NCBI GenBank assembly: GCA_963717005.1
Contig: OY970324.1
Location: 4,241,937-4,305,936 of the forward strand
Source of the DNA: an uncultured delta proteobacterium
GTDB lineage: Bacteria > Desulfobacterota > Binatia > Binatales > Binataceae
Length of the DNA stretch: 64,000 bases
Reading direction: 5' to 3'
The notes below the pieces were generated by a model. The model did no database searches. It saw nothing but the letters and a program-made list of their open reading frames with translations, and was not told the origin of the DNA. Shown here one piece after another: positions 17,756-27,872 of the stretch (position 1 is its first letter; every line of letters begins with the position of its first letter). The translations under genes were made by a program, and so were the position numbers.

Positions 17756-18367
17756 TCAGAATAAATCGTCGAGTGCCAATGAATATTGGAAGCGGACGAA
17801 GCGATCGGCCGTGCCGTTCAGTTCTGCGCCAACGTCGAAGTCCAGAAGCTGCCTATCTGTTATCGTGCACTCGGCACCGCCGCCGACAGTCTGGCCGCCT
17901 AACGACTGATAAGAATAATTTCCGGTGTACTCTCCATACAGGCTGCCGCCAGAGTCGAGCTGCCTTTCGACAGTCAAAGTCGGTTCAGGGCCCGACCAAC
18001 TCGGAGAAGCCGTGCCATTAACGGTCCATCGGTCGTCGATCGGCTGTGACCAGGAGGGGACGTACGCAGAAGCAATGGAAGGATTGAAACCGCCGTTCCC
18101 TATTACCGGTCCGGTGCGATCCTGCCCACCCGCGCCCGGGATCGAAGCAGAGAAAGCGTTGCTCCCTGCTAGCGTCCCGGTGGAATCTAGCGAGCCTATG
18201 CTTGGCACAGAGGGAAGGCTATAAGAATTAGTCCGGATTCTCCGATGTGTGGTCCGATGACTGAAACTGGCGCGATAACCCATGTCGGCACTGTAGCCGC
18301 GGGCAAATCGACGCTCATGCCCCAAGCTACGGAGAGTCTTGCTGTCCAAAGAATCTCTCGAAACCAA
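17756..18367 (-). CDS. Hypothetical OMP-like protein fragment (G/S/T/Y-rich, C-terminal Phe)
   Basis: Alternating hydrophobic pattern and terminal ...FQYSLALDDLF typical of beta-barrel OMPs. No signal peptide, so possibly truncated or mis-started. Lower-GC region. Confidence 0.35.
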   Translation of the reverse strand: MVSRDSLDSKTLRSLGHERRFARGYSADMGYRASFSHRTTHRRIRTNSYSLPSVPSIGSLDSTGTLAGSNAFSASIPGAGGQDRTGPVIGNGGFNPSIASAYVPSWSQPIDDRWTVNGTASPSWSGPEPTLTVERQLDSGGSLYGEYTGNYSYQSLGGQTVGGGAECTITDRQLLDFDVGAELNGTADRFVRFQYSLALDDLF

Positions 18368-19667
18368 ACTCCTTTAAGGTCATCCTCACGCGATCCTGTT
18401 GCGTCATCTTTCGCGCGTTGGCGGGGCAAGCGGTGAGACAAGTTTCGTTTCCTGAGGTGCACGCGGAACAGGGGAGTTGATTGACAGAACACCCGCAGGG
18501 ATTGGTAAGACCCCCGGGTGTACATCCTATCGGGCCATAACAAAATCCTGTGCTGCCACCGCCGCCGGCGCTACCACCGCTACCACTTCCGCCACTAGAT
18601 GCAGCGTAAGCGCCGGCCGCGATCGCCCCACCCCCGAGTAAAACGCCACCTATGATCCAAGGAGCCCAGTTTGTGCCGCTGGAAGTTGATGTGCTCGATT
18701 GCACCGGTGGAAGCGGCGGAAAGTAGGGGGGCGGCGAAGAGGGTGGCGGATTCTCCGCAGTTTGCGGCGCACAGAACTGTCCGAGGCTGGTATTCAGGGA
18801 ATCAATGTCGGACATAATTCGCGACCGTGATTCAGAGAGTGAAGCAAGCGTGCGCTGGGCGTTGTTAATATCCTGCTGCGCAAGGTATCCCTTGCCCAAC
18901 GCGAAACCAACGTCTGTAACGACCTCTGTAACTTTGGTCGCGAGTATTGCCTCGGGTCCTAGAAGACCTGCCGCCGCGTCCGCAGTCTGGTTGCCGAGCG
19001 CGTCGTAGATTCCGCTATCGCCGAGGAATTTGTTGAATGCTTGGTACTGTTGGCTGATCTGCGTAGTTGCGGTCTGCAGTGACGTACCCAATGCGTTACC
19101 CGCCGTGTAGGAATCGCGGACGTTCTGCCAGTGGAGCGCGTATTCTTTGAGTCTCTTGAGCATTTCCACCGATGTAGTAATCGCGCTTTGGGAGACTCCT
19201 TTGGTAAGAAGGACTTGCTGCAGATTTTCCAGTTGGTTTGCTACCGCGCCGGATTGCGACGCGATTTCTGTGACCCCGGCGTCGGCCTGTTGGATCCCCG
19301 TCATGGCGAGATCGACTTCAGCTCTCGCTTTTTCCTCTATACCGCCTTGCAAAATGTTCTGCGTCCGCTTGATCGCATTGTCGATCGCGGGCAAACCAGC
19401 TTGGAGCCGATTGACAGCCGCAGTCATGTCTCCGCAACTGGCGGGCGCAACTGGTCCGCCGGGCGCCCCCGATTCCGGAGCGATCGGACTGCCGTTCCCG
19501 ATACCGGTGCCGCCGATCGACCCGCCTTCACCGGTGATCGGGGTGCCGTCCTGGGCGAAGACGTTAGTCAAGGGTGCGCCCATTGGCAGCATACATGCCG
19601 CCAAGATGAGACAGGTCAGTTTCTTGAGGAACCGTACCGATGCGCGTGACATTCTCAAGCTCGCCAT
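18327..19667 (-). CDS. Orphan secreted/membrane protein: signal peptide, about 330-aa helical Q/A-rich domain, Pro-rich linker, one TM helix, C-terminal 8-Cys cluster
   Basis: Strong RBS (AAAGGGGG) 7 nt upstream of the ATG. TM helix WAPWIIGGVLLGGGAIAAGAYAA. C-terminal CYGPIGC..CGC..CSAC..CLTAC. The local GC is clearly below the window average. Confidence 0.6.
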   Translation of the reverse strand: MASLRMSRASVRFLKKLTCLILAACMLPMGAPLTNVFAQDGTPITGEGGSIGGTGIGNGSPIAPESGAPGGPVAPASCGDMTAAVNRLQAGLPAIDNAIKRTQNILQGGIEEKARAEVDLAMTGIQQADAGVTEIASQSGAVANQLENLQQVLLTKGVSQSAITTSVEMLKRLKEYALHWQNVRDSYTAGNALGTSLQTATTQISQQYQAFNKFLGDSGIYDALGNQTADAAAGLLGPEAILATKVTEVVTDVGFALGKGYLAQQDINNAQRTLASLSESRSRIMSDIDSLNTSLGQFCAPQTAENPPPSSPPPYFPPLPPVQSSTSTSSGTNWAPWIIGGVLLGGGAIAAGAYAASSGGSGSGGSAGGGGSTGFCYGPIGCTPGGLTNPCGCSVNQLPCSACTSGNETCLTACPANARKMTQQDRVRMTLKEFGFERFFGQQDSP

Positions 19668-19936
19668 AACAATCCCCCTTTAGGAAAGGATATTGAATGA
19701 ACCGCAGCTAACCGAACGCCAAATGAACCGGCACGAATTAAGATCAGCGCCCTGAAGACAGGAGGTAGGGATCGTGGTTGAGAAGCGGGCGCACGCCGTT
19801 CAGCGGTGAAACCAAAGCATGACGCCAGAGTTAAGTCAAGCGACGACACTCAGTCATGAAGTTAACCAGACTGTGATAGCAAATCTACCAACTGATAGTT
19901 GACAGCTAATTGAAGCACTACGACAGGCAGCCTATG

Positions 19937-20782
19937 CTACGGATGAAGCACGGCGTTGTCTATCAGGCGGGTTTTGCCGACGCGGGCGGCGATTGCGATC
20001 AGGATTGGGCGGTCGAGCGACGGGTGGCGCGCGAGTGTTTCGGCGTCCACTGCTTCCACGTATTCGATCGCGATGCCTTTCATGCGCTTTAGGACGCGGG
20101 TGGCCGCGAACACTAATTCTTCGGCGCAGCATGGGTCGGCGCGATGCTTGTCGCGGGCGGCGCGGATCGCGAGATTTAGTGCGAGGGCGTCTTCGCGCTC
20201 GGTTGGCGAGAGGTAGGCGTTGCGCGAGCTCATCGCGAGGCCGTCTTTTTCGCGCACGATCGGCACCGGCACAATCTCCACATCGAAATTCAGATCGCGC
20301 ACCATCTTCTGGATCGCGCGAAGCTGCTGAAAGTCCTTCTCGCCGAAAACCGCCGAGTGCGGTTTCACGATGTTGAACAGCTTGGCGACTACCGTCGTCA
20401 CGCCGCGGAAATGGCCGGGGCGATGGGCACCGCATAGGCCGGCAGTGACTTCGCCCGCATCGACCCAGCTTTGCGAGTCGGGCGAGTACATCGCGGCGGG
20501 CTCCGGCGCGAAGACTACATCCACCGGCACCGTCTCGAGCATCGCGCAGTCGCGCTCGAAGTTGCGCGGGTAGCGCGCGAAGTCCTCGCCGGGACCGAAC
20601 TGCGTCGGATTGACGAAGATCGACGCGACCAGGACCGAGGACTGGCGGCGTCCCTCGCGCATCAGGGTCAGATGGCCGTCATGCAAGAAGCCCATCGTCG
20701 GCACCAGCGCGATGCGTTCACCGCGCTGGATCGCGACACTGGAAAAACGGGTCATCTCGTCGGGCGAGGTGATCACGATCAT
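19937..20782 (-). CDS. panC: Pantoate--beta-alanine ligase
   Basis: MIVITSPDEM...VPTMGFLHDGHLTLM (HIGH-like motif). Confidence 0.9.
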   Translation of the reverse strand: MIVITSPDEMTRFSSVAIQRGERIALVPTMGFLHDGHLTLMREGRRQSSVLVASIFVNPTQFGPGEDFARYPRNFERDCAMLETVPVDVVFAPEPAAMYSPDSQSWVDAGEVTAGLCGAHRPGHFRGVTTVVAKLFNIVKPHSAVFGEKDFQQLRAIQKMVRDLNFDVEIVPVPIVREKDGLAMSSRNAYLSPTEREDALALNLAIRAARDKHRADPCCAEELVFAATRVLKRMKGIAIEYVEAVDAETLARHPSLDRPILIAIAARVGKTRLIDNAVLHP

Positions 20783-21618
20783 CGCGAGGCCCTCCTCGAT
20801 TCGGCGTAGCAATGCTCCGGCGCAGGGAACGCGCGCGTTTTGACTTCGCGCACGTAGGCTTCGGTGGCGGACGCGGCGTCATTCCATAAATGGGCAAAGG
20901 GCTTGGCGAAGCGCGGCGCACACGACTCGTAGAGGCCGAGCATGTCGTGCATCACGAGCACCTGGCCGTCGCAATCGGGTCCGGCGCCGATGCCGATGGT
21001 TGGAATCGAAACGCTCGCGGTTATCTCGCGCGCCAGCGACGGCGGCACGCCCTCGACCACGATCGCGAACGCGCCCGCGGCTTCGAGCGCGGCCGCATCC
21101 TCGAGCAGCCGCTCGCGGCATCCGGCGGCGCGGCCGGATTTGCGGCCTTGCACGCGATGGCCACCCATCCGATGAATCGACTGCGGCGTCAGGCCGACAT
21201 GGCCCATCACGGGAATATCGACCGCGGCGATTCTCGCGACGGCGTCGGCGATCGCGACGCCGCCTTCGAGCTTCACCGCTTCGGCGCCGCCTTCCTTGAC
21301 CAGACGTCCGGCGTTGCGCAGCGCGTCTTCGGGACTCACCTGGTAGGAGAGGAACGGCATGTCGGCGACGACCAGCGCACGGCGCCGCGCGCGTGCGACC
21401 GCGCGGGTGTGGTAGATAACCTCGTCGATGGTGACAGCGAGCGTGGTCTCCTCGCCGCGCACCGCCATGCCGACGCTGTCGCCGATGAGCAGCACGTCGA
21501 TGCCGCAGTTGTCGAAGATTCGCGCGAACGGAAAGTCGTACGCCGTCAGCATCGTGATCGGCTGGCGCGCGGCCTTCATGCGGGCGAGATCGGGCACGCG
21601 AACTTTTTCTTGCGTCAT
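20779..21618 (-). CDS. panB: 3-methyl-2-oxobutanoate hydroxymethyltransferase
   Basis: MTQEKVRVPDL...TMLTAYDFPFA...GDSVGM. Overlaps panC by 4 nt (ATGA). Confidence 0.9.
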   Translation of the reverse strand: MTQEKVRVPDLARMKAARQPITMLTAYDFPFARIFDNCGIDVLLIGDSVGMAVRGEETTLAVTIDEVIYHTRAVARARRRALVVADMPFLSYQVSPEDALRNAGRLVKEGGAEAVKLEGGVAIADAVARIAAVDIPVMGHVGLTPQSIHRMGGHRVQGRKSGRAAGCRERLLEDAAALEAAGAFAIVVEGVPPSLAREITASVSIPTIGIGAGPDCDGQVLVMHDMLGLYESCAPRFAKPFAHLWNDAASATEAYVREVKTRAFPAPEHCYAESRRASR

Positions 21619-21912
21619 TTTCTCACTCACTCGCTTCGGTTGCTCCCGCCAAAAAACAAAATCGGGGCTGCCGCGCGATCGGCAACCCCGCATCGGAGCA
21701 AGCTCGAATGAACGAGTGCTCGAATCACTCGGAGTCCCGGTCCTCATCGGATCCAGGCGCGAGCAGACAACGAATCTATGTCCTCTCAACACCGTCTCGC
21801 CGGGAAAAACCTTCCTCGACGGACCAGTTCAAATATATAGGGAAAGCGGGCGGCCGCGTAAAGAAGAAATCAGGCCGCCCGCCGCGAAACTTGAGGCTAG
21901 CTCTCGCGGGCG

Positions 21913-24387
21913 TCAGGGGTTGAGCGTGCTGTTGACCAGGACGCCCCAGACGCCGCCGGGCTCGCCGGTGGACTGCCCGCGGGTCTTGAGACCGTCACTC
22001 CAGCTATAGTTGTCGGCCGTGAAGGAACCGCTGTGGATGTTGGTGTGGGAGTCCTCCGTGCATCCATCCTGACCTTCTTCGAAGGACGCGATGGGGTTCG
22101 TGGTCGAGAAGTTGGTATCGAAGATAGTGATGCTCCCGGTCTGGTTGGTGGGAGTGACATTGTCCTGCGCGAAGTACATCGTCGAGTAGCCGAACGGGCG
22201 CAGCTCCGCCCATGCCGTGCCCTTTAGACCACCGATACTGTAGCCGAAGTCGCTGTTAAAGACGCCGCCGTAGTTATCTCCCGGGCCGCTCTCTTCCCCT
22301 TGCTTGGTAGTGTAGTTCACCCACAGGTCGGCGGGAGTGTCGTTGAACAGGCTTACGACAACGCCTTCGCAAGTCAGGTTGGGATAGTAAACGGTCCCGG
22401 CCCCACCGCCCCATCCATTGATGCCGCTGAAGACTTCGAACGGATTGGCGCCCAGGTTCAGCAAGTCGTCCTGCATCACGGTGCTGTCGGGATATTTGAA
22501 GAACGCCGCGCCAAAGCCGCCCGTCTCCCAGAACCCCTGGTTGTAGTAACCGGCCCAATTGGTGGTGCCGTTGCCGCCGACGCCGGTGGTAGTGGAACCG
22601 CTTCCGAAGACCCATGCGTGTTGCGCATAGCTCGGTGGAAACGCGCTTGAGCTGATTCCCGGGAACTTGACCTCGGCACTGGTCTGTCCGACCACCTCAT
22701 GCAGGTTGTAGGTGAGTGGCAGCAGCGCCTTCATCACGCTGATCTCGTAGCCATTGACCATATAGGGCACGACGATGCCGGTGAGAGTGTCGGGCCAAAA
22801 CAGACCCCAGTACCCGACCTGTTGGGTCTCGGGACCGACCTCGCTCAAGCGCGACCAGTCGTACACGATCGTGTTGTAGTCGAGCGTCAACGCATCGCTC
22901 ATATAGTTGAATTGAGTGTTGAGATTGCCTGCCAACTCGCCGACCGTGCCGCCGACCTCCTGCTCGAAGGTGGGCTGAGCGGCGGCGGTGGTGTCAAACA
23001 CGGTCTGCATGATGTTGGCCACCACCCCGGCGGCTCCGCCGCCTTCGGCATTTCCTATCGCCGAGAGGAGCGTGTAGAGCGTCCCTTCGACGATCTGCGC
23101 CGCCACCGCGAGCGGATGCGCATCGGCGGATACACCGAGATCGGCAACCACTTTGGTCAGAGTATTGGTGTTCTGCCAAAACACGGTGGCCAGGACGGTT
23201 CTGGCGTTGGCGAACATACTCTGCACGTCGGCGACGTAAGTGAGTTCCAGGTTCAACTGGCTCTGCACCGCGGTCAGATCGGCAGGCGCGAAGAGGGAAT
23301 TGCCCGCGGGATATTGCAGGCCCTGGATGATAGCGTTGGTCGCGGTCGCGTCGAAATTTGAGTTTTGGTACTCGTTGCGCACGCCAGTGAAGCACTGGCC
23401 GGTTGCGGTCTGATTGGTTCCAACGCCAACCAGGACCGGGCTGCATGGGCCGGTGGCGTTGACTCCGGGCTGCTGGCTTATCCAGTTGTAAGCGGCCTGC
23501 TGGTTGTTGATCCATGGCGGGAACAGTGGCGAAGCATTTTCCCTGGTGGTCACGGAAACCAGGTGGTAGTTGGGCACCGGGTACCACTGGTTCCCCGGCG
23601 CCGACGATCCACCGCCTACGCCAAGACTGGACCCGCCGCTGCTGTACAGCTGGCCACCGATATACCAATTGGTGAGTTGCGCCGTGCTGGTGTCATACGA
23701 CCACTGCTGGAAGGCGCTATGGTCTCCGGTCGGCGAGTCCGCCTGGTCCAGGAAAATCGCGGGATGGTAGCCTGGCACAGTCTCAGCGCCCAGCACCCCC
23801 AGATCCAAATTCGCCTCGGTCGCGCCGTAGCCCAGCATCAGCGAGCCCACCGGGTTGTTGGTGGTATCGACGGCAAAGCTTTCCCCGCTGCGAAGATTAA
23901 AGTATCCCGGTTCGGTGCCCGGCACCGCCTGCCAGACCTGCGCTCCCGTGACCGCAAATGGCACCGCGGTGGCCACCGCCGACGGCGACGCCTGCGCCAC
24001 CGGCTTGGACACAAAGATCATCGGCGCGAGTGCCGCCAAAGTGCCGCCGTTGGGATTGGGCGCACCCGGCGGACCGGAGCCGTTGACGGTAAGCACGGAC
24101 GGAGTGAACTGCGCGATCGGGCTGGGCAGCGAATTGCCGTTCACCAGGAAGAACCAGCGCGGCAGGTTCGGGTCGGTAGTCACCGCGAAGTCCACAGCTT
24201 TGGCGGGGGCAAACGGCTTGTGGGTGGATCGTGTTTGCGATGGGGCGGGACCGCCGCCGCCTGATGAGCCGCAACCCGCCATCGCACCCATCCCGGCGAA
24301 CACCGCCAGAATCAACAGCACGCCCATCCTCGCACCCAGGTTGCGATATCGACTCACTTCTCCGTACCTCGGCAACATTTCTGCCAT
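21913..24387 (-). CDS. Large orphan lipoprotein (about 800 aa, G/N/T/Y/W-rich; no recognisable catalytic motif)
   Basis: Lipobox AMAGC after a hydrophobic N-terminus. An alternative start is MGVLLILAVFAGMGAMAGC at 24327. The composition is distinct from neighbouring genes. Confidence 0.6.
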   Translation of the reverse strand: MAEMLPRYGEVSRYRNLGARMGVLLILAVFAGMGAMAGCGSSGGGGPAPSQTRSTHKPFAPAKAVDFAVTTDPNLPRWFFLVNGNSLPSPIAQFTPSVLTVNGSGPPGAPNPNGGTLAALAPMIFVSKPVAQASPSAVATAVPFAVTGAQVWQAVPGTEPGYFNLRSGESFAVDTTNNPVGSLMLGYGATEANLDLGVLGAETVPGYHPAIFLDQADSPTGDHSAFQQWSYDTSTAQLTNWYIGGQLYSSGGSSLGVGGGSSAPGNQWYPVPNYHLVSVTTRENASPLFPPWINNQQAAYNWISQQPGVNATGPCSPVLVGVGTNQTATGQCFTGVRNEYQNSNFDATATNAIIQGLQYPAGNSLFAPADLTAVQSQLNLELTYVADVQSMFANARTVLATVFWQNTNTLTKVVADLGVSADAHPLAVAAQIVEGTLYTLLSAIGNAEGGGAAGVVANIMQTVFDTTAAAQPTFEQEVGGTVGELAGNLNTQFNYMSDALTLDYNTIVYDWSRLSEVGPETQQVGYWGLFWPDTLTGIVVPYMVNGYEISVMKALLPLTYNLHEVVGQTSAEVKFPGISSSAFPPSYAQHAWVFGSGSTTTGVGGNGTTNWAGYYNQGFWETGGFGAAFFKYPDSTVMQDDLLNLGANPFEVFSGINGWGGGAGTVYYPNLTCEGVVVSLFNDTPADLWVNYTTKQGEESGPGDNYGGVFNSDFGYSIGGLKGTAWAELRPFGYSTMYFAQDNVTPTNQTGSITIFDTNFSTTNPIASFEEGQDGCTEDSHTNIHSGSFTADNYSWSDGLKTRGQSTGEPGGVWGVLVNSTLNP

Positions 24388-24498
24388 TTCGCCGAACCTT
24401 GGCTCCAGCTTCGTGTTTAGACGCGCCCGGTGAATTTCCTGAAAGTTAATCTGAGCCGGCGATGAGTGTCAAGAACAAGCGTGCATCGTTAGTGCACG

Positions 24499-25155
24499 CT
24501 ACTGCGGGAGCTTTGATCGAGCGCGGCCTCTGCCGGCATCGCGGAGTGCGGCGTTCAGTATGGCCAGGGCGCTGCGCGTAATCAGATCGCGGGTCGCGCT
24601 GCACCCGAGTCCCTGATGCGAGCGCAGGGTCTCCCAGGAGGGCCACGCGCAAACCATGTGCAGCGCGAGCAACAATTTCCGTCGCTGATTCGGCGGCAGA
24701 CGATTCAGCGCGGGACGCACCGCCTGCCTGATGTCCCTCATGGCGGCGGTGCGGGCACGCTTCATCGCGGTCGCGGCCAGCGGATCGGTGCGCTCTACCT
24801 CAAGGGCGACCCGACGGAACGGTGCGATTTCCTCGAACATCGTGGTTTGCTGCTCTACGAAGAGACGCAGACCTTGAACCGCCGAGAGATCGAGGCCCGT
24901 CGGCCTTGGGATGAACGAGCGCGACTTAGCTTCGATTCGCGCTATTGCCGTGGCTCGAAGCTCGCTGAGATCCCCGAAACGCTTGAAGACAACCCGCAGC
25001 GACACCCCCGCGTGCTTTGCAATCTCGCGGGCGGTGGCGAACAGAATACCCTTGCGCAGCAGCTCGATATACGCGTTGAGGATTTTCTCGCGCACCTCCT
25101 CCTTGATGAGCCGCCCCCTGGCAGTGCGGCCATCCGTCGCTTTCACGAATCGCAT
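24499..25155 (-). CDS. TetR/AcrR family transcriptional regulator
   Basis: N-terminal HTH (REKILNAYIELLRKGILFATAREIAKHAGVSLRVVFKRF). Confidence 0.8.
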   Translation of the reverse strand: MRFVKATDGRTARGRLIKEEVREKILNAYIELLRKGILFATAREIAKHAGVSLRVVFKRFGDLSELRATAIARIEAKSRSFIPRPTGLDLSAVQGLRLFVEQQTTMFEEIAPFRRVALEVERTDPLAATAMKRARTAAMRDIRQAVRPALNRLPPNQRRKLLLALHMVCAWPSWETLRSHQGLGCSATRDLITRSALAILNAALRDAGRGRARSKLPQ

Positions 25156-25288
25156 CTGTTCCTTGGCCAAGCAGTCCTGGAGCTGGACGCCGGCTATGGG
25201 AAGACCCATCAGGCAAACAGCTCCGAGCCTGGATATTAGCGTGCATATATACTGCACGCAAAATCGGCAAGCAAACTGTTCGAGTGAA

Positions 25289-26050
25289 TCAGTTGTTGGC
25301 TTGCAGGGTGTTGGCGGTTACCGGCAGCGTGACTTGTATGCGCTTGCCGTTGCGCACCACGCTCAGGTAAACGATTTCGCCGGGCTGAAGGTCGCGCATC
25401 CGATCCTGGAAGTCGAGGAAGTTGGTCACGCGCGAGCCGTCAACCCCGATGATCATGTCGTAGCTCTCGCCGACCTGCATGTAGTCGATCGCGGGAATCA
25501 CCACCACGGCCAATCCAGCCGAGAAAACCGCGCCCACCATCGCGGCCGCCTCGATCGCGTCGTGCACGGTGTGCGTGTAAGGACGCAGGCCGACGGCGGC
25601 GGCGGGACTGCCCTTGGCGACGGCGGTGATCAGCAGGCCGTCAGCCTCTTCGCCGCTTTTGAGGGTGCGTTTCGCTTCGCGCAACTGCATTCCGAATGGA
25701 GTCGAAAGCTCGCCCTCGCTATCGAACTCCTGCAAGGCCTTGAGCTGCTCCGGCGGCATCCCGCTCTGCTCCTCCTGGTAGCGCGCGACTTCACTGCCAT
25801 CATTCGAGGTTTGCGAATCCGGCGCGATGCCGGCGGGCTGTTGCTGCGAGGCGTCGGCAGGATTGAAAGGAGCAATCTCCGCGGTTCCGGGCGGGGGCGC
25901 CCCGATGTTGTCCGGCGGCGTCGGAACGAGATTCGATGGGCCGGCGGCGGTCGAGCCTGGGTCGGCGGATGCGGCGACGGCCATTCGGGTCGTGGTATCG
26001 GCGCTGGACTGAGCCGATGCGAGGGCGGTCGCGGACAAAACCAGCAGCAT
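25289..26050 (-). CDS. Secreted PDZ domain-containing protein
   Basis: Signal peptide MLLVLSATALASA, a Pro-rich segment, and a C-terminal PDZ-like region (GLLITAVAKGSPAAAVGLR...GEIVYLSVVRNGKRI). An alternative longer start lies at 26119. Confidence 0.6.
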   Translation of the reverse strand: MLLVLSATALASAQSSADTTTRMAVAASADPGSTAAGPSNLVPTPPDNIGAPPPGTAEIAPFNPADASQQQPAGIAPDSQTSNDGSEVARYQEEQSGMPPEQLKALQEFDSEGELSTPFGMQLREAKRTLKSGEEADGLLITAVAKGSPAAAVGLRPYTHTVHDAIEAAAMVGAVFSAGLAVVVIPAIDYMQVGESYDMIIGVDGSRVTNFLDFQDRMRDLQPGEIVYLSVVRNGKRIQVTLPVTANTLQANN

Positions 26051-26093
26051 CGCGGCGAGCGATGCGACGAACGCGTGATGCCTGGGCGCGTTG

Positions 26094-26972
26094 CTAGTTA
26101 AGACTCCAGCGCTTTTCATGCTCCACCACGCGGCCCTCGCGCTCGAGCTTTCTCAGATGAGAGCGAATCGAGCTTGCGGCCGCAGCGTGCAGATACTCCG
26201 GATACTCGACGTAAATCTTTTTCACGATTGCCATAGCGTCGAGCGGTCCGGCACCTTCGCCGAGCGCCTCGAGGACCTGGCGCTCGCGCAATTCGCGATG
26301 CGCGATGTACTCGCCGATTTTTTCCTTCGGATTGCGGATAACGGGGCCGTGCGCCGGATAAATCGTCTCGAGATCGAGCGCGAGCAGGCGCCTGAGCGAA
26401 TCCATGTACTCGCCCAAATCGCCCGTATCGTCGGGAATGACCGTAGTACCGGCGCCCAGCACAACGTCGCCCGTGAACACCGCGCGTTCTTCTTCGAGAT
26501 AGTAGCATAGGTGATCGGGCGCGTGACCCGGGGTGAAGACCGCGCGCAGCGTGGCGCCCTCGGTGTGGACGACGGCGTCGTGGGCGATGGCGGAAATCTC
26601 GCCGGCGGGCGCATCGTGGCCGGCCCACGGCATCTTCAGGACTTCCAGCTCGCCGAATTTTTCAGTGACCTGCTTCACGCCGCCAAGGTGATCGACGTGC
26701 GCATGCGTGAGCACAATCCGCTCGAGTTCGGTGGCGCCGGAAAGTTCCTTGAGACCCGCTTCAAGCAGGTCGGCGTAAATCGCGACGCCCTGCCCGGTGT
26801 CGAGCAGAATCGGACGCTTCGAGGTGCCGACGATATAAGTGTTGGTGCCGGGGCCGGTGAACGGACTCGGATTCTGGCCGAGCACGGTCGCGACGCGCGG
26901 CGAGATCCGCGAGTAATCCGGCATCTTGAGACCGATCATCGAGTCGGTCACGACCCTGCTCTGCTTGCTCAT
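26094..26972 (-). CDS. MBL-fold metallo-hydrolase
   Basis: THAHVDHLGG zinc-binding motif, with downstream His/Asp ligands. Confidence 0.85.
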   Translation of the reverse strand: MSKQSRVVTDSMIGLKMPDYSRISPRVATVLGQNPSPFTGPGTNTYIVGTSKRPILLDTGQGVAIYADLLEAGLKELSGATELERIVLTHAHVDHLGGVKQVTEKFGELEVLKMPWAGHDAPAGEISAIAHDAVVHTEGATLRAVFTPGHAPDHLCYYLEEERAVFTGDVVLGAGTTVIPDDTGDLGEYMDSLRRLLALDLETIYPAHGPVIRNPKEKIGEYIAHRELRERQVLEALGEGAGPLDAMAIVKKIYVEYPEYLHAAAASSIRSHLRKLEREGRVVEHEKRWSLN

Positions 26973-27001
26973 CAGACGTTCCTCAAACCTTGCCTCAACC
27001 G

Positions 27002-27772
27002 CTAGCGCCGGTTGCGCTCAAATATCAGCCGTAAGCCTTTCAATGTCAAAAACTCATCGACCTCTTCAATCGATTCACTTTCGGGCGCGATCAGATCGGC
27101 GAGCCCGCCGGTCGCGATGACGCGCGTCTTTTCGCCGCGCTCCTTCAGGATGCGGGTGACGAGGCCGTCCACCAGCGCGGTGTAGCCGAAAATCAAGCCC
27201 GACTGAATCGAGCCGACGGTGGTGCGGCCGACCGCCTCGCGCGGGCGCACCAGTTCGACGCGATAGAGCTTGGCGGCGTGCTCGATCAATGCGTTCATCG
27301 AGACGCCAAGCCCCGGCGCGATCGCGCCGCCGGCGTACTCGCCCTTGCCGGTCACGTAGTCAAAGGTGGTCGCGGTGCCGAAATCGACGACGATAGTCGC
27401 ACACGCGTAGCGCTCGTAGGCGGCGACCGCGTTGACGATTCGGTCGGCGCCGACCTCCTTGGGATTTTCGTAGAGAATCGGCATCCCGGTTTTAATTCCG
27501 GGGCCGACCATCAGCGGCGCGCAATGGAAATAGCGCTCGGCGAGTTGCTCCATCACCTGGTTGAGCGGCGGAACCACGCAGGCGATGGCGACGCCCTCGG
27601 GCTTGACGCCGCCCTCGAGGCCGGCGCCGGCGAGCAGCGTGTTGAGCAGCGCGCCGTGCTCGTCGGTGGTGCGATCGGGAACGGTCGAGATGCGCCAGTG
27701 ATTGCGCAGGCGCTCGCCTTCGTAGATTCCAATCACGGTATGGCTGTTGCCAACGTCAACCGTTATCAGCAT
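27002..27772 (-). CDS. coaX: Type III pantothenate kinase
   Basis: MLITVDVGNSHT and the ATPase fold of the Bvg accessory factor family. Confidence 0.85.
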   Translation of the reverse strand: MLITVDVGNSHTVIGIYEGERLRNHWRISTVPDRTTDEHGALLNTLLAGAGLEGGVKPEGVAIACVVPPLNQVMEQLAERYFHCAPLMVGPGIKTGMPILYENPKEVGADRIVNAVAAYERYACATIVVDFGTATTFDYVTGKGEYAGGAIAPGLGVSMNALIEHAAKLYRVELVRPREAVGRTTVGSIQSGLIFGYTALVDGLVTRILKERGEKTRVIATGGLADLIAPESESIEEVDEFLTLKGLRLIFERNRR

Positions 27773-27872
27773 GAAAAAAATCCCCGTCCGACGGGCGTCG
27801 TCGATAGCGACGCGATCGGGCACAGATAATAGCGCGTGAACTCGATGGAAAAGAAACGGTGGGAGACGGGGG

